Shown here: positions 1 through 12,398 of the stretch, piece after piece
How the letters are laid out: every line of letters starts with the position of its first letter
Position numbering within the stretch: position 1 is the stretch's first letter
Assembly: GCA_051883455.1 (NCBI GenBank)
Contig: JBJETT010000004.1
Span: 106,555-170,554 of the forward strand
DNA from: Christensenellales bacterium
GTDB taxonomy: Bacteria; Bacillota; Clostridia; Christensenellales; UBA3700
Length of the DNA: 64,000 nt
Direction of reading: 5' to 3'
Notes under the pieces: model-generated
Database searches by the model: none
What the model was told of the DNA's origin: nothing
What the model saw: only the letters and a program-made list of their open reading frames with translations
Translations under genes and position numbers: made by a program

Positions 1-2
1 GC

Positions 3-881
3 CCAAAACAAAAGAAAATTCTCGTGCAGTCCCTCAAACAAAAGGGATACACCGTAGGTATGACGGGCGACGGCGTCAACGACGTTATGGCGCTCAAAGA
101 AGCCGACTGTTCTATCGCTATGGCTAGCGGTAGCGAGGCAAGCCGTAACGTGGCGCAACTAGTCTTGCTCGACAGCGACTTTAGTGCTCTACCAAGCGTG
201 GTTGCCGAGGGTAGACGAGTCATCAACAATATCGAGAGAGCGGCTTCGCTCTTCCTCGTCAAGACGACCTACAGCCTAGTGCTATCGTTGTTGCTCATCT
301 TGTTCCAAATGAACTATCCGTTCGTGCCTATACAGTTGACTGTGATAAGCATGCTGTTCGTAGGTTTGCCGTCATTCTTCCTTGCCCTAGAGCCTAACGA
401 TACCAAGGTGTCGGGAAGCTTTTTGTCCAAGGTCTTTAAGAAGGCAGTGCCTGCAGGCTTGACGGTTGCCTTTATGGTATGGCTGATAAGCTATCTGTAC
501 AAGGATATCGGGCTTGACGTGTCGGCGCAAATATCCACTATGTCCTTCTTCGTGACGGCTATCGTCGCAGTGGTAGTTTTGTTGCAGGTATGTATGCCGT
601 ACAACAAGGAAAGATTGTTCTTGATTGCCATGGCGGTGGTAATATTTATCGCGGCGGTGTCCTCCGACTTCGTGAGCGGTATTTTGTCACTGGTGCCACT
701 GACTACCGATATGATAATCAAGACGGTGATATTCGTGGTTTGCGCACCTCTGATGATACTATTTATGCGCGCCGAGGTAGAGGCTATCAAGGCGTTGTTT
801 AGAGAGATAAAGGGCTTTTTCGTGGGCGCTGTGGGCAAGATAAGAGCCTTGGTAGGAAGAATGAAAGATGACGAGCAATGA
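3..881 (+). CDS. P-type cation-transporting ATPase, C-terminal part (5' end outside window)
   Basis: MTGDGVNDVMALK hinge motif followed by several hydrophobic TM segments; frame open from position 3. Confidence 0.9.
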   Translation, partial: PKQKKILVQSLKQKGYTVGMTGDGVNDVMALKEADCSIAMASGSEASRNVAQLVLLDSDFSALPSVVAEGRRVINNIERAASLFLVKTTYSLVLSLLLILFQMNYPFVPIQLTVISMLFVGLPSFFLALEPNDTKVSGSFLSKVFKKAVPAGLTVAFMVWLISYLYKDIGLDVSAQISTMSFFVTAIVAVVVLLQVCMPYNKERLFLIAMAVVIFIAAVSSDFVSGILSLVPLTTDMIIKTVIFVVCAPLMILFMRAEVEAIKALFREIKGFFVGAVGKIRALVGRMKDDEQ

Positions 882-1503
882 AGTAAAAGACTTGATAGAG
901 TTGCTTGATAAGCAACACCCTAACGCCGTGTGCGAGCTGGAATATAATAGCATATACGAGTTGTTGGTGGCGGTGATACTGTCGGCGCAATGTACCGACA
1001 AAAGAGTCAACGTAGTGACAAAAAAATTGTTTGCCGTGGTCAATACCCCCGAGCAAATGGCTAAGATAGATATCGAGCAACTGGAAAAGATGATATATAG
1101 TTGCGGATTTTATCACAATAAAGCCAAAAACATTATTGCTTGTTCCAAGGATATAGTCGAGAGATTCGGCGGCGAAGTGCCGAGCAATATCGACGAACTT
1201 ATGAGCCTTGCGGGCGTAGGCAGAAAGACGGCTAACGTCGTGTATGCAGTGGGGTACGGTGGCAACGCCATTGCCGTAGATACACACGTATTGAGGCTGT
1301 CCAATCGATTGGGCTTTGTCGATAGCGACAATCCTCTCGTGGCGGAAAAAGCCTTGATGAACGCCGTGCCCGAGGAGTATTGGTCGCATCTGCACCACTT
1401 GTTGATACATCACGGCAGATACGTATGTAGTAGTCAAAAACCCAAGTGCGATGAGTGCTTGATAAAAAAATATTGTAAATATATAAAGGGAGATAGAAAA
1501 TGA
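868..1503 (+). CDS. nth: Endonuclease III (HhH-GPD DNA glycosylase with 4Fe-4S cluster)
   Basis: LSAQCTDKRVN, LAGVGRKTANVV helix-hairpin-helix, AVDTHV, C-terminal CxxxxxxCxxCxxxxxC. Confidence 0.96.
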   Translation: MTSNEVKDLIELLDKQHPNAVCELEYNSIYELLVAVILSAQCTDKRVNVVTKKLFAVVNTPEQMAKIDIEQLEKMIYSCGFYHNKAKNIIACSKDIVERFGGEVPSNIDELMSLAGVGRKTANVVYAVGYGGNAIAVDTHVLRLSNRLGFVDSDNPLVAEKALMNAVPEEYWSHLHHLLIHHGRYVCSSQKPKCDECLIKKYCKYIKGDRK

Positions 1504-2315
1504 ACAAAATTCTCAACATCAAAGACATCGCTCCTAGAGTTAAGGAGTACGTCATCGAAAATCCTGACATTGCAAGACACTGCTTGCCGGGACAGTTTAT
1601 CATTTTGAGAGTTGACGAAAACGGTGAAAGAGTGCCTTTTACTATCTGCGACTTCGATAGAGAAAAGGGTACTATCACCTTGCTTGTGCAAGAAGTAGGT
1701 TATTCTACTCACAAAATGGCTATGCTTAACGTGGGCGACAGCCTTCACGATATGGTCGGACCTCTCGGCAACGCAACCGAACTCGACGCATACGAAAACG
1801 TCGTGCTCGTGGGTGGCGGTATCGGCTGTGCGGTTATCTATCCACAAGCCAAGCTTCGTACCAAAAAAGGTCAAAAATGCGACGTCATTATGGGTGCGAG
1901 AACTAAAGAATTGCTCTTTAATATCGACGAGTTTAGAGCCAACAGTGACAACACTTATATCGCTACCGACGACGGCTCTATGGGCACCAAAGGCTTCGTA
2001 ACTACCGTGCTTCAACAGCTCATCGACGAGGGCAAAAAGATTGACTGCGTATTCGTCGTAGGTCCTATGATTATGATGCGCAACGTCAGCGAATTGACTC
2101 GCAAATACAATATTCCTACTATCGTCAGCATGAACTGCGTAATGGTAGACGGAACGGGTATGTGCGGTGGTTGTAGATTGACCGTAGGCGGAGAGACCAA
2201 GTACGCTTGCGTGGACGGTCCTGAATTCGACGGACACAAGGTGGACTTTGCCGAAGCTATGAATAGAGCAGGCTTCTACAAAGAACACGAAGAAAAATGT
2301 AGATTGAGAGGTTAA
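1500..2315 (+). CDS. nfnA: NfnA/SudB-type FAD and 2Fe-2S subunit of NADH-dependent ferredoxin:NADP+ oxidoreductase
   Basis: PGQF..LRV..GERVPFTI, GGGIG, DGTGMCGGCR...CVDGPEFD; directly upstream of an NfnB-like gene. Confidence 0.85.
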   Translation: MNKILNIKDIAPRVKEYVIENPDIARHCLPGQFIILRVDENGERVPFTICDFDREKGTITLLVQEVGYSTHKMAMLNVGDSLHDMVGPLGNATELDAYENVVLVGGGIGCAVIYPQAKLRTKKGQKCDVIMGARTKELLFNIDEFRANSDNTYIATDDGSMGTKGFVTTVLQQLIDEGKKIDCVFVVGPMIMMRNVSELTRKYNIPTIVSMNCVMVDGTGMCGGCRLTVGGETKYACVDGPEFDGHKVDFAEAMNRAGFYKEHEEKCRLRG

Positions 2316-2317
2316 TT

Positions 2318-4965
<2,648 letters not shown>

Positions 4966-4973
4966 GAGGCATT

Positions 4974-5261
4974 ATGACAAGCAGTGAAAGAGCAAAACTT
5001 AGAGGATTGGCTATGACTATCGAGCCCGTGGTGACGATTGGTAAAAACGGACTCACCGAGAGCCTCATTCAAGAGATAGACGAGCAGTTGGAAGCCAAAG
5101 AATTGATAAAAATCAACGTGCTCAAAAATGCCGATTTTGGCGCAAAGGACGTCATTGCGGAAGTAGCCGAGAGCGTAAACGCACAGCCCGTGCAAGCACT
5201 AGGCAACAAGATTACGCTGTATCGCGTATCCACAAGAAAAGACGTAAAGCATATTTTGTAA
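4974..5261 (+). CDS. yhbY: YhbY/CRM-domain RNA-binding ribosome assembly protein
   Basis: MTSSERAKLRGLA..IEPVVTIGKNGLT..ELIKI; SD AGGAGG before ATG 4974. Confidence 0.93.
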   Translation: MTSSERAKLRGLAMTIEPVVTIGKNGLTESLIQEIDEQLEAKELIKINVLKNADFGAKDVIAEVAESVNAQPVQALGNKITLYRVSTRKDVKHIL

Positions 5262-5313
5262 GCATACTTTGCTAGTTGATTGTTGTATTATTGATACGTT
5301 ATCAAGATAATTT

Positions 5314-5338
5314 AGACGCCAAAAGGCGTCTTTTGTTT
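5314..5338 (+). terminator. Intrinsic terminator after yhbY
   Basis: AGACGCC-AAAA-GGCGTCT followed by TTTGTTT. Confidence 0.75.
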
Positions 5339-5466
5339 GGGGAATTTTTGCTCTTTTGGTTGGGATATGCCGATGAAGAGATTGTTAAATAGTTGAGTGT
5401 CATTTTTTGACTAAGTATGTTTTTAGTCGGTTGTTGCAATTTTGCAAAACGCCTGTCAGTGCCGAC

Positions 5467-6312
5467 TTAGCCTTGAGTATCGCCTGTAGTATCGTTGGAC
5501 GAGGTGTTGTCGGTAGTAGAGACGTCAGCTAACTCGTCGCACTCATAACTAGGCGTATCGGGCTTGTCGTCGTGACTAGTAGTGTGAACAAAGGCGTCTT
5601 TGACAATACAGAGTAGGGCAAGAGCAAGGGCAATAGACGATATGATTAGGTAGTAAGTCGAGAGCGGCGTGATAAAACTAAAAACCAGCAATATCAGCGA
5701 TACGAAGACGAAGCGTTTGACGTTGCTGCGGTCGAGCAATGAGTGAAATGCCGAAGATAGAAGATACTTGATGCTTGGGCGCTTGGTGCAATTAGGCAAA
5801 AGACCTTGCTTGAGTGCGGATTTGTAGAGCCTTTTTAGATTGCAAAATTCTAGCCTCACTCTCGATATCCTTTGGGCAAAATATAGAGAATTTTTGTTGC
5901 TCTCGGTGCATAAAACGTAGGCAAAATCTATACCGCTTTTGATACAAATCGAACACATGTTGGCGATAGAATCGGGAGAAATGCCCGACATTTTTGCCCA
6001 CAAAAATACAGCTTGACCGTCGATGAGTATATAGTCTTTGCAATCTACTATATTGCGATATGGATATAGACGAGAGATGAGAGAAAGGATATATTCCTTG
6101 CCGTGTAGGACGCAGTATGTAACCCAATCTCCGTATCTCATCGTCTTGCGATAGGGACGATTGATTGTCATGACAAAAAAGCTAGCTAGCGTGGATATGG
6201 CAAAGGCTATAAGTAAACATTGCCACAATTTGAGTCCCGCAAAGCTCGTCAAAATTACTATCGTCAAAAAACCTATGATTATCAACCACATTTTGTCAAA
6301 GAAACTGCCCAT
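5467..6312 (-). CDS. Hypothetical membrane protein (2 N-terminal and about 2 C-terminal TM helices, acidic Thr/Asp tail); possibly forespore-expressed
   Basis: ORF track; start set at ATG 6312 because the upstream extension overlaps nadD and its promoter. Confidence 0.7.
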   Translation of the reverse strand: MGSFFDKMWLIIIGFLTIVILTSFAGLKLWQCLLIAFAISTLASFFVMTINRPYRKTMRYGDWVTYCVLHGKEYILSLISRLYPYRNIVDCKDYILIDGQAVFLWAKMSGISPDSIANMCSICIKSGIDFAYVLCTESNKNSLYFAQRISRVRLEFCNLKRLYKSALKQGLLPNCTKRPSIKYLLSSAFHSLLDRSNVKRFVFVSLILLVFSFITPLSTYYLIISSIALALALLCIVKDAFVHTTSHDDKPDTPSYECDELADVSTTDNTSSNDTTGDTQG

Positions 6313-6317
6313 ATAGC

Positions 6318-6347
6318 TAGTGTTGCCAAAAAAATCGCTCTCTAAAC
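6318..6347 (-). promoter_or_regulatory. sigF/sigG-type promoter GTTTA-N15-GGCAACACTA
   Basis: Matches the B. subtilis sigF consensus GYWTA-N15-GGnnAnAnTA; -10 ends 5 nt before the ATG. Confidence 0.55.
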
Positions 6348-6358
6348 TAAAATTGATA

Positions 6359-6387
6359 TTGATAATCGTAGCATTTTGATATATAAT
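6359..6387 (+). promoter_or_regulatory. sigA promoter of nadD (TTGATA-N17-TATAAT), probably giving a leaderless mRNA
   Basis: -10 ends 6 nt before ATG 6394; no SD. Confidence 0.65.
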
Positions 6388-6393
6388 AAAACT

Positions 6394-7530
6394 ATGAAAA
6401 CTGCTTTGTTTGGTGGGACTTTTAACCCCGTTCACGACGGACATATACAAATGGCGGAATATTTGCTATCGCACGGCTACGATAGAGTGGTGTTGGCACC
6501 TTCCAACAACCCCGCCTATAAGCAATGCGACAATCGCTTCGATATTAGATGCGAAATGCTAAAAATCGCTATCCGAGGGCGTGAGGGTATGCAGATATGC
6601 GACTTAGAGAGGGATAGACCTAAAGACAATTATAGTTATATCACCATTCCGCTGTATAAAGAAAGGATAGGCGAATTTGACTTCGTTATCGGCGGAGATA
6701 GCTTGGTTGACCTTGGCAAGTGGAAAAACCCTTATCAAATAATAAGTCAAGTCAAGTTGGTGGTCTTCGATAGAGGCGATAGGCAAGCCGAGGTGGATGA
6801 GGCGAGCAAGTTTTGGAGAGAGCAGGGCGCGGATATCGTGATAGAAAGCTTCGTGCCTAAGGATATATCGTCAACGATAGTGAGATTGGAGAGCCGTCTA
6901 GGCTTGGTAAGAGGTGTGCCTAAAGGCGTTGCCGAGTATATCGAAAAAAACGGGTTATACGTCGATAAGTCAATACGTATGGACAAAAAGTTGACGGCTC
7001 ACCTTGCCGACAAGCTCAAAGAATGGACGGGCGAGAGAACCTATAAACACTGTCTGAGAGTGGCATATTGCGCGCTAAAACTCAATAGCGATTTGAATTT
7101 GGGACTAGATACCGATAAGATTTTGACGGCGGGACTTTTGCATGATTGCGCAAAGAGAGTAAACAACGTAGACGACCCGTCAATACCTACCGATAGCGAG
7201 GGTACGCCCGTGTATCATCAGTTTGCGGGAAACGTGGTGGCACGAGAAGAGTTTGGCATACACGATGAGGACGTGCTCAATGCAATCAAATACCATACCA
7301 CTGCCAAGCCTAATATGACCGACCTCGACAAGTTGATATTCTGCGCAGATATGCTGGAAGAGGATAGGGACTTCGAGGGTGTGGACGAGCTTAGAGAAAT
7401 TATCTCGCAAGACTTGCACCAAGGCTTCGTGGAGTGCATGGAACACCAATACGCTTACCTTGTAGGTCGAGGCGGAGATATCTATCCGCTGACAACACAA
7501 GCGGTAGAATATTATCGCAATGCAAAATAA
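6394..7530 (+). CDS. nadD: Fusion of nicotinate-nucleotide adenylyltransferase (NadD) and HD-domain Ap4A hydrolase (YqeK)
   Basis: N-terminal GGTFNPVHDGH and ISSTIVR; C-terminal YKHCLRV, LLHDCAK, YHTT, D..E motifs of YqeK. Confidence 0.9.
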   Translation: MKTALFGGTFNPVHDGHIQMAEYLLSHGYDRVVLAPSNNPAYKQCDNRFDIRCEMLKIAIRGREGMQICDLERDRPKDNYSYITIPLYKERIGEFDFVIGGDSLVDLGKWKNPYQIISQVKLVVFDRGDRQAEVDEASKFWREQGADIVIESFVPKDISSTIVRLESRLGLVRGVPKGVAEYIEKNGLYVDKSIRMDKKLTAHLADKLKEWTGERTYKHCLRVAYCALKLNSDLNLGLDTDKILTAGLLHDCAKRVNNVDDPSIPTDSEGTPVYHQFAGNVVAREEFGIHDEDVLNAIKYHTTAKPNMTDLDKLIFCADMLEEDRDFEGVDELREIISQDLHQGFVECMEHQYAYLVGRGGDIYPLTTQAVEYYRNAK

Positions 7531-7558
7531 CAATCAAAAAAACTAAAAGAGGATATAT

Positions 7559-7900
7559 ATGAATATTACACAAGAAATTTGCAAAATACTCGATAGTAAA
7601 AAGGCGCAAGACATTGTGGTGGTGGATATAAGACATCTCACCGTAATTGCGGATGACTTTATTATTTGTTCCGGTCGCTCAACGACTCAAGTCAAGGCGC
7701 TTGCCAACTACGTGGACGACGAAATGTCCAAGCTCGGTAGAGAGCCGCTGAGAAGCGAGGGCAAACAAGAAGGCAGATGGGCGGTAGTCGACTACGGCGA
7801 CGTCATCGTGCATATCTTTCACGAAGAGACGAGAAGATTGTATTCTTTGGAGCAACTGTGGTCGGACGGAACCAACGTAACGAGGTATTGCGGGGAATAA
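7559..7900 (+). CDS. rsfS: Ribosome silencing factor
   Basis: LDSKKAQDI, FIICSGRSTTQV, WAVVDYGDVIVHIF...RRLYSLEQLW. Confidence 0.96.
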   Translation: MNITQEICKILDSKKAQDIVVVDIRHLTVIADDFIICSGRSTTQVKALANYVDDEMSKLGREPLRSEGKQEGRWAVVDYGDVIVHIFHEETRRLYSLEQLWSDGTNVTRYCGE

Positions 7901-7983
7901 TCTTTGAAGAATTAGGACTTTTGATATTTGGCGTAGCTAATGTTTTTCGCCATAATTTTGTATACTAAATAAAGTAGATTTGT

Positions 7984-8010
7984 AGACAGTCCACGGGACT
8001 GTCTTTTTGT
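7984..8010 (+). terminator. Intrinsic terminator after rsfS
   Basis: AGACAGTCC-ACG-GGACTGTCT plus T-tract. Confidence 0.8.
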
Positions 8011-8110
8011 ATTTTGCATTTTTTATTAAATTTTGCCTATATCGGCAAAATTTATCTAAAATCATATAAAAATATTTACTTTTTTCGCCGATATGGGATA
8101 TAATCAAAAC

Positions 8111-8998
8111 ATGAGATATTTATCGGTAGTTGAAATAGCAAAAAAATGGAATATTTCCGAGCGAAGTGTGCGTAATTATTGTGCACAAGGTAAAATTGAC
8201 GGCGCCTTTTTGACGGGTAAAACTTGGAATATACCTGAAGATGCAATCAAGCCTGATAGAAGCAACAAAAAAATCGAAGAGCCAAAAACATTGCTTGACA
8301 TTTTGCGCTTTGAAAAAAATAATCGCATCTCAGGTGGCATTTATCACAAGGTGCAAATTGAATTGACATACAGCTCTAATCACATTGAAGGAAGTAAACT
8401 TACGCACGAGCAAACCCGATATATTTTTGAGACCAATACTATAGGTATCGTTGAAGCCGTAAAGGTTGACGACCTGGTGGAAACGGCTAATCATTTTAGG
8501 TGTATAGATATCGTCATTGACTGTGCAAAAAAGAAACTCTCCGAAAACATTATAAAGGAATTGCATAGAACGCTGAAAAATGGAACTAGCGATAGTAGAT
8601 TGAGTTGGTTTCGTGTTGGCGAATATAAAAAATTGCCCAACGAGGTGGGTGGTAAAGAAACTGCTAAGCCGGAAGAAGTTGAACGTCAAATGGTTGATTT
8701 GCTAGCCGAATACAATGGAAAAGACCAACCTACCTTTGACGATATCCTTGACTTTCATTATAGGTTTGAGCGTATACATCCCTTTCAAGACGGCAATGGT
8801 AGAGTAGGTAGGCTTATTATGTTGAAGGAATGTTTGCGTTTTGGGTACGTTCCGTTTATTATTGACGAGGAATTGAAAATGTTTTATTATCGAGGCTTGA
8901 GGGAATGGAAAGAGGAGAGAGGTTACTTGCGTGATACTTGCCTTTTTGCACAAGATAAATTCAAAAAATATCTCGATTATTTTGATATAAAATATTGA
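8111..8998 (+). CDS. Fic-domain protein with N-terminal HTH (excisionase/HTH_17-like) domain
   Basis: Canonical Fic motif HPFQDGNGRVGR; YLSVVEIAKKWNISERSVRNYC HTH; SNHIEGS segment; TATAAT at 8099-8104 lies 6 nt before the ATG. Confidence 0.9.
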   Translation: MRYLSVVEIAKKWNISERSVRNYCAQGKIDGAFLTGKTWNIPEDAIKPDRSNKKIEEPKTLLDILRFEKNNRISGGIYHKVQIELTYSSNHIEGSKLTHEQTRYIFETNTIGIVEAVKVDDLVETANHFRCIDIVIDCAKKKLSENIIKELHRTLKNGTSDSRLSWFRVGEYKKLPNEVGGKETAKPEEVERQMVDLLAEYNGKDQPTFDDILDFHYRFERIHPFQDGNGRVGRLIMLKECLRFGYVPFIIDEELKMFYYRGLREWKEERGYLRDTCLFAQDKFKKYLDYFDIKY

Positions 8999-9064
8999 TG
9001 GGTATTGAAAAAGCTCGGGAGATATATTATAATATTTTTAATCACTAATTAGGAGAAATTATAA

Positions 9065-10054
9065 ATGACTAACACAAAAGTTTGGGGAATTCATACACAA
9101 GATGATAGATTGTTTTTAGATAATGGAGTTATTGCTATAGGTTGGAAAGAAATAGGCGATTTATCAAATGTAATTCCCAATAGAGATGCATTTAAGGCAA
9201 AATTTAAAGAAGCTTATCCAGCGGCAACAAAAAATAGCGTAGCAAATTGTGTGGGCTCTTTGTATAGATTTATTGTTGAAATGCAAATTGGAGATTACGT
9301 GGTTTTCCCTTCCAAGAGCAATAGAGAAATTAATATTGGAGAAATAATTAGTGATTACTTTTACGACCCAGCCGAAAAGTCTTATGCGCAGAAGAGATCA
9401 GTAAAATGGTTGAAACATTTGCCACGTACCGCTTTTACTCAAGGTGCATTATACGAAGTAGGTGCATTTACTTCTTGTTTTTTGATTAGAAACTATGCTG
9501 ATGAATTTTTAGGTGTATTGGATAAGGGATTTAGACTTAAGGAAAAAGAAGAGTCTATCGACGATACTGTTTTGCGTACAGTTACCGATATAGTTGACAA
9601 TACTAAAGATTATATTATTAAAGAATTGCATAGACAATTTAAAGGATATGATTTAGAAAATTTTGTTGCGGATTTGCTTAATGCAATGGGGTATATACCA
9701 AAAGTGTCAAAACACGGTGGAGACCATGGTATAGATATAATCGTATATAAAGACGAATTGCCACCTAGAATTTTAGTCCAAGTCAAAAGCCAATACGAAG
9801 ATATTACCGAAGCATTAGTATCTTCTTTTGCGGGAGCGTTGGGTATTGGAGATTATGGTGTATTTGTGACTCTTTCGGATTTTAAGCCTAATGCATTGAA
9901 ATATCTTGAGAATCATCCAAATATAAAAGGTATAAATGGAAGTGAACTTGTTAATTTGGTTTTGAAGTATTATGATAAGTTAAGTGAAGAATATCGTGTA
10001 AAAGTTCCACTGAAGATGGTTTATATACCTAATCCTTCTACAGAAGAAGAGTAA
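9065..10054 (+). CDS. Mrr-family (type IV-like) restriction endonuclease with N-terminal IAIGW...MQIGD domain
   Basis: C-terminal Mrr_cat motif FENFVADLL-like..GGDHGIDII...LVQVK; visibly AT-rich; own promoter TTGAAA-N17-TATAAT near 9006-9034. Confidence 0.8.
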   Translation: MTNTKVWGIHTQDDRLFLDNGVIAIGWKEIGDLSNVIPNRDAFKAKFKEAYPAATKNSVANCVGSLYRFIVEMQIGDYVVFPSKSNREINIGEIISDYFYDPAEKSYAQKRSVKWLKHLPRTAFTQGALYEVGAFTSCFLIRNYADEFLGVLDKGFRLKEKEESIDDTVLRTVTDIVDNTKDYIIKELHRQFKGYDLENFVADLLNAMGYIPKVSKHGGDHGIDIIVYKDELPPRILVQVKSQYEDITEALVSSFAGALGIGDYGVFVTLSDFKPNALKYLENHPNIKGINGSELVNLVLKYYDKLSEEYRVKVPLKMVYIPNPSTEEE

Positions 10055-10123
10055 GAAATTTTTTGTATCAAACAAAGAAATTAGCTTTAGTATATATTAT
10101 TTAAAATTGCACATATAAAGGGT

Positions 10124-10498
10124 ATGAAAACTTTGGCATTGGCTCTTTGTATGGCAGTAGCGATAAGCGGTAATAGCGTCGAGTCGGCGATAGAGGCTCG
10201 CGTAAGTCAAAATGAGTTGATTGAGACGGCGATTTGTCTAGTCGTAGACGACGAGGCTTTGGTGTGCGTGACGACTATGCCGATATATAGTCGCTTTCAA
10301 AGACAAGCACTCGTAGATGAGTTGACGGCGACTATCGGTAGCGAGTTTGGCAAAAATGCAGTGATTTGCTTCGATTGCGATATTTACTACAAGGCTGGCA
10401 AGCTAAAAAAGCAACAGTCCGTCAACCCCGACGATATCAGGGCATTGATAAAATCTTGCAAGATTAGGAGAGGCAATGAATATAATCGAGATAATTGA
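10124..10498 (+). CDS. Small exported hypothetical protein, weakly YhcN/YlaJ-like sporulation protein
   Basis: N-terminal signal-like segment; A.CLVV.DEALVCV and V.FD.DIY pattern reminiscent of YhcN/YlaJ; overlaps the pdp start. Confidence 0.4.
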   Translation: MKTLALALCMAVAISGNSVESAIEARVSQNELIETAICLVVDDEALVCVTTMPIYSRFQRQALVDELTATIGSEFGKNAVICFDCDIYYKAGKLKKQQSVNPDDIRALIKSCKIRRGNEYNRDN

Positions 10499-11765
10499 GG
10501 ATAAGAAAGTCGGCAAAGAGTTGAGAAAAGAACAAATCGACTTTTGGATAGAGGGCTTGATGAGCGGCGAGGTTGCCGATTATCAAACTTCGGCTTTGTT
10601 GATGGCTATAGTCCTCAAAGGTATGACCGACCAAGAGGCAGTATGGCTCACTAACGCTATGGCAAATAGCGGAGATAAGCTAGACTTGTCGGCATACGGC
10701 GACTTGAGCGCGGACAAACACAGCTCTGGCGGAGTGGGTGATAGTACGACATTTATCGTTTTGCCTACCGTGGTGGCTTGCGGACTAATTGGCGCTAAGA
10801 TGAGCGGACGAGGTCTTGGGCATACGGGTGGAACTCTAGATAAACTCGAGTCTATCAATGGGCTAAGCGTGTCTATGAGCCCCGAAAAATTCTATAGTCA
10901 AGTGGATAAAATCGGCATTGCCGTGGCGGGACAAACTGGACAAATTTGTCCTGCGGACAAGAAATTGTACGCATTGAGGGACGTTACCGCAACGGTGGAT
11001 AGCGTGGCGCTCATCGCATCTTCTATCATGTCCAAAAAACTTGCGGGCGGTGCGAAAAATATAGTGCTAGACGTCAAGTGTGGCAAGGGCGCATTTATGA
11101 AAAATCAAGAGGATGCGGTAAAGCTAGCCAAGTTGATGGTAGCCATAGGCAAGGCGAGCGGAAGAAATATCAGCGCATTGGTGACGGATATGAACGCGCC
11201 GCTTAGCAATTACGTGGGCAATAGCTTAGAAGTATACGGCGCGCTAAAAGTTTTGAAAAACGAAAGCCGTGGCAATCTCTACGAGGTGTCGATGGCTCTT
11301 GCCGAAAGACTGCTCGAATCTGCGGGAATAGACAATGCAAGAGAAGCAGCGGAAGAAGCCGTAAGTAGCGGAAGGGCTTACCAAGTCTTTGAAAATATGA
11401 TAGCCGAGCAAGGCGGGGATATTGAATATTTCAAAAATCCCGAAAAACTGCTAAATACTCGATACGTATCGGAGATTTTGGCTGAGTGCGACGGCTACGT
11501 GAGAGATATCGACGCCATGAAGATAGCCGAAGTTGTACGCGATATGGGCGGTGGTAGAATAAAAGTAGAAGACGCTATCGACCCTTGGGTGGGCGTAGAA
11601 ATGACTGTGAGCGTGGGCGACAAAGTCACCAAAGGCGACGTGATTGCAAAAATCTACTATGACAATATACAACACGAAAATATGAAAACTAAGGTAGTGA
11701 GTGCCGTGGCAATAGGTAGCCAAAAACCTAAACAAAATAAGCTGATATTGGAGATAATAAAATGA
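10476..11765 (+). CDS. pdp: Pyrimidine-nucleoside (thymidine) phosphorylase
   Basis: [50 protein letters not shown]. Confidence 0.96.
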   Translation: MNIIEIIEDKKVGKELRKEQIDFWIEGLMSGEVADYQTSALLMAIVLKGMTDQEAVWLTNAMANSGDKLDLSAYGDLSADKHSSGGVGDSTTFIVLPTVVACGLIGAKMSGRGLGHTGGTLDKLESINGLSVSMSPEKFYSQVDKIGIAVAGQTGQICPADKKLYALRDVTATVDSVALIASSIMSKKLAGGAKNIVLDVKCGKGAFMKNQEDAVKLAKLMVAIGKASGRNISALVTDMNAPLSNYVGNSLEVYGALKVLKNESRGNLYEVSMALAERLLESAGIDNAREAAEEAVSSGRAYQVFENMIAEQGGDIEYFKNPEKLLNTRYVSEILAECDGYVRDIDAMKIAEVVRDMGGGRIKVEDAIDPWVGVEMTVSVGDKVTKGDVIAKIYYDNIQHENMKTKVVSAVAIGSQKPKQNKLILEIIK

Positions 11766-12394
11766 ACCTAGCAAAATACATAGACCATACTATTCTCAAA
11801 GCGCAAGCAACTAAAGAAGACGTGGAAAAGTTGTGCCGTGAGGCAGTGGAATACGGATTTGCCAGCGTGTGCGTCAACGCGTGCAGAGTAAAGCAAGCAA
11901 GTGAATTGCTAAAGGATAGCGACGTCAACGTGGCGTGCGTAGTCGGCTTTCCGCTTGGGGCGACCACCACAAGGAGCAAAGTGGCTGAAGCAAAAGAAGC
12001 CGTGCAAAACGGAGCGAGCGAGATTGATATGGTCATCAACGTGGGACTGATGAAAGATAAGGACTACGACGGTGTAAGAGAGGATATTAAAGCCGTGGTC
12101 GACGGCTCGGGCGTAGTTGTCAAGGTCATCTTGGAAACCTGCCTACTAACTAAAGAAGAAATAGTCAAAGCATGTCATATCTCAGCCGAGGCGGGCGCGC
12201 ACTTTGTCAAGACTTCGACGGGCTTTTCGACGGGCGGAGCAACGGTAGAAGACGTAGCCTTGATGAAAGCAAACTGTCAAGGACTAAAAGTCAAGGCTAG
12301 CGGCGGAATAAGAGATAAGCAAACTGCACTCAAAATGATAGAGGCGGGAGCAGATAGGCTTGGCACGAGTGCGTCGATAGATATAGTGAAATAA
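11762..12394 (+). CDS. deoC: Deoxyribose-phosphate aldolase
   Basis: [41 protein letters not shown]. Confidence 0.97.
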   Translation: MNLAKYIDHTILKAQATKEDVEKLCREAVEYGFASVCVNACRVKQASELLKDSDVNVACVVGFPLGATTTRSKVAEAKEAVQNGASEIDMVINVGLMKDKDYDGVREDIKAVVDGSGVVVKVILETCLLTKEEIVKACHISAEAGAHFVKTSTGFSTGGATVEDVALMKANCQGLKVKASGGIRDKQTALKMIEAGADRLGTSASIDIVK

Positions 12395-12398
12395 AATT

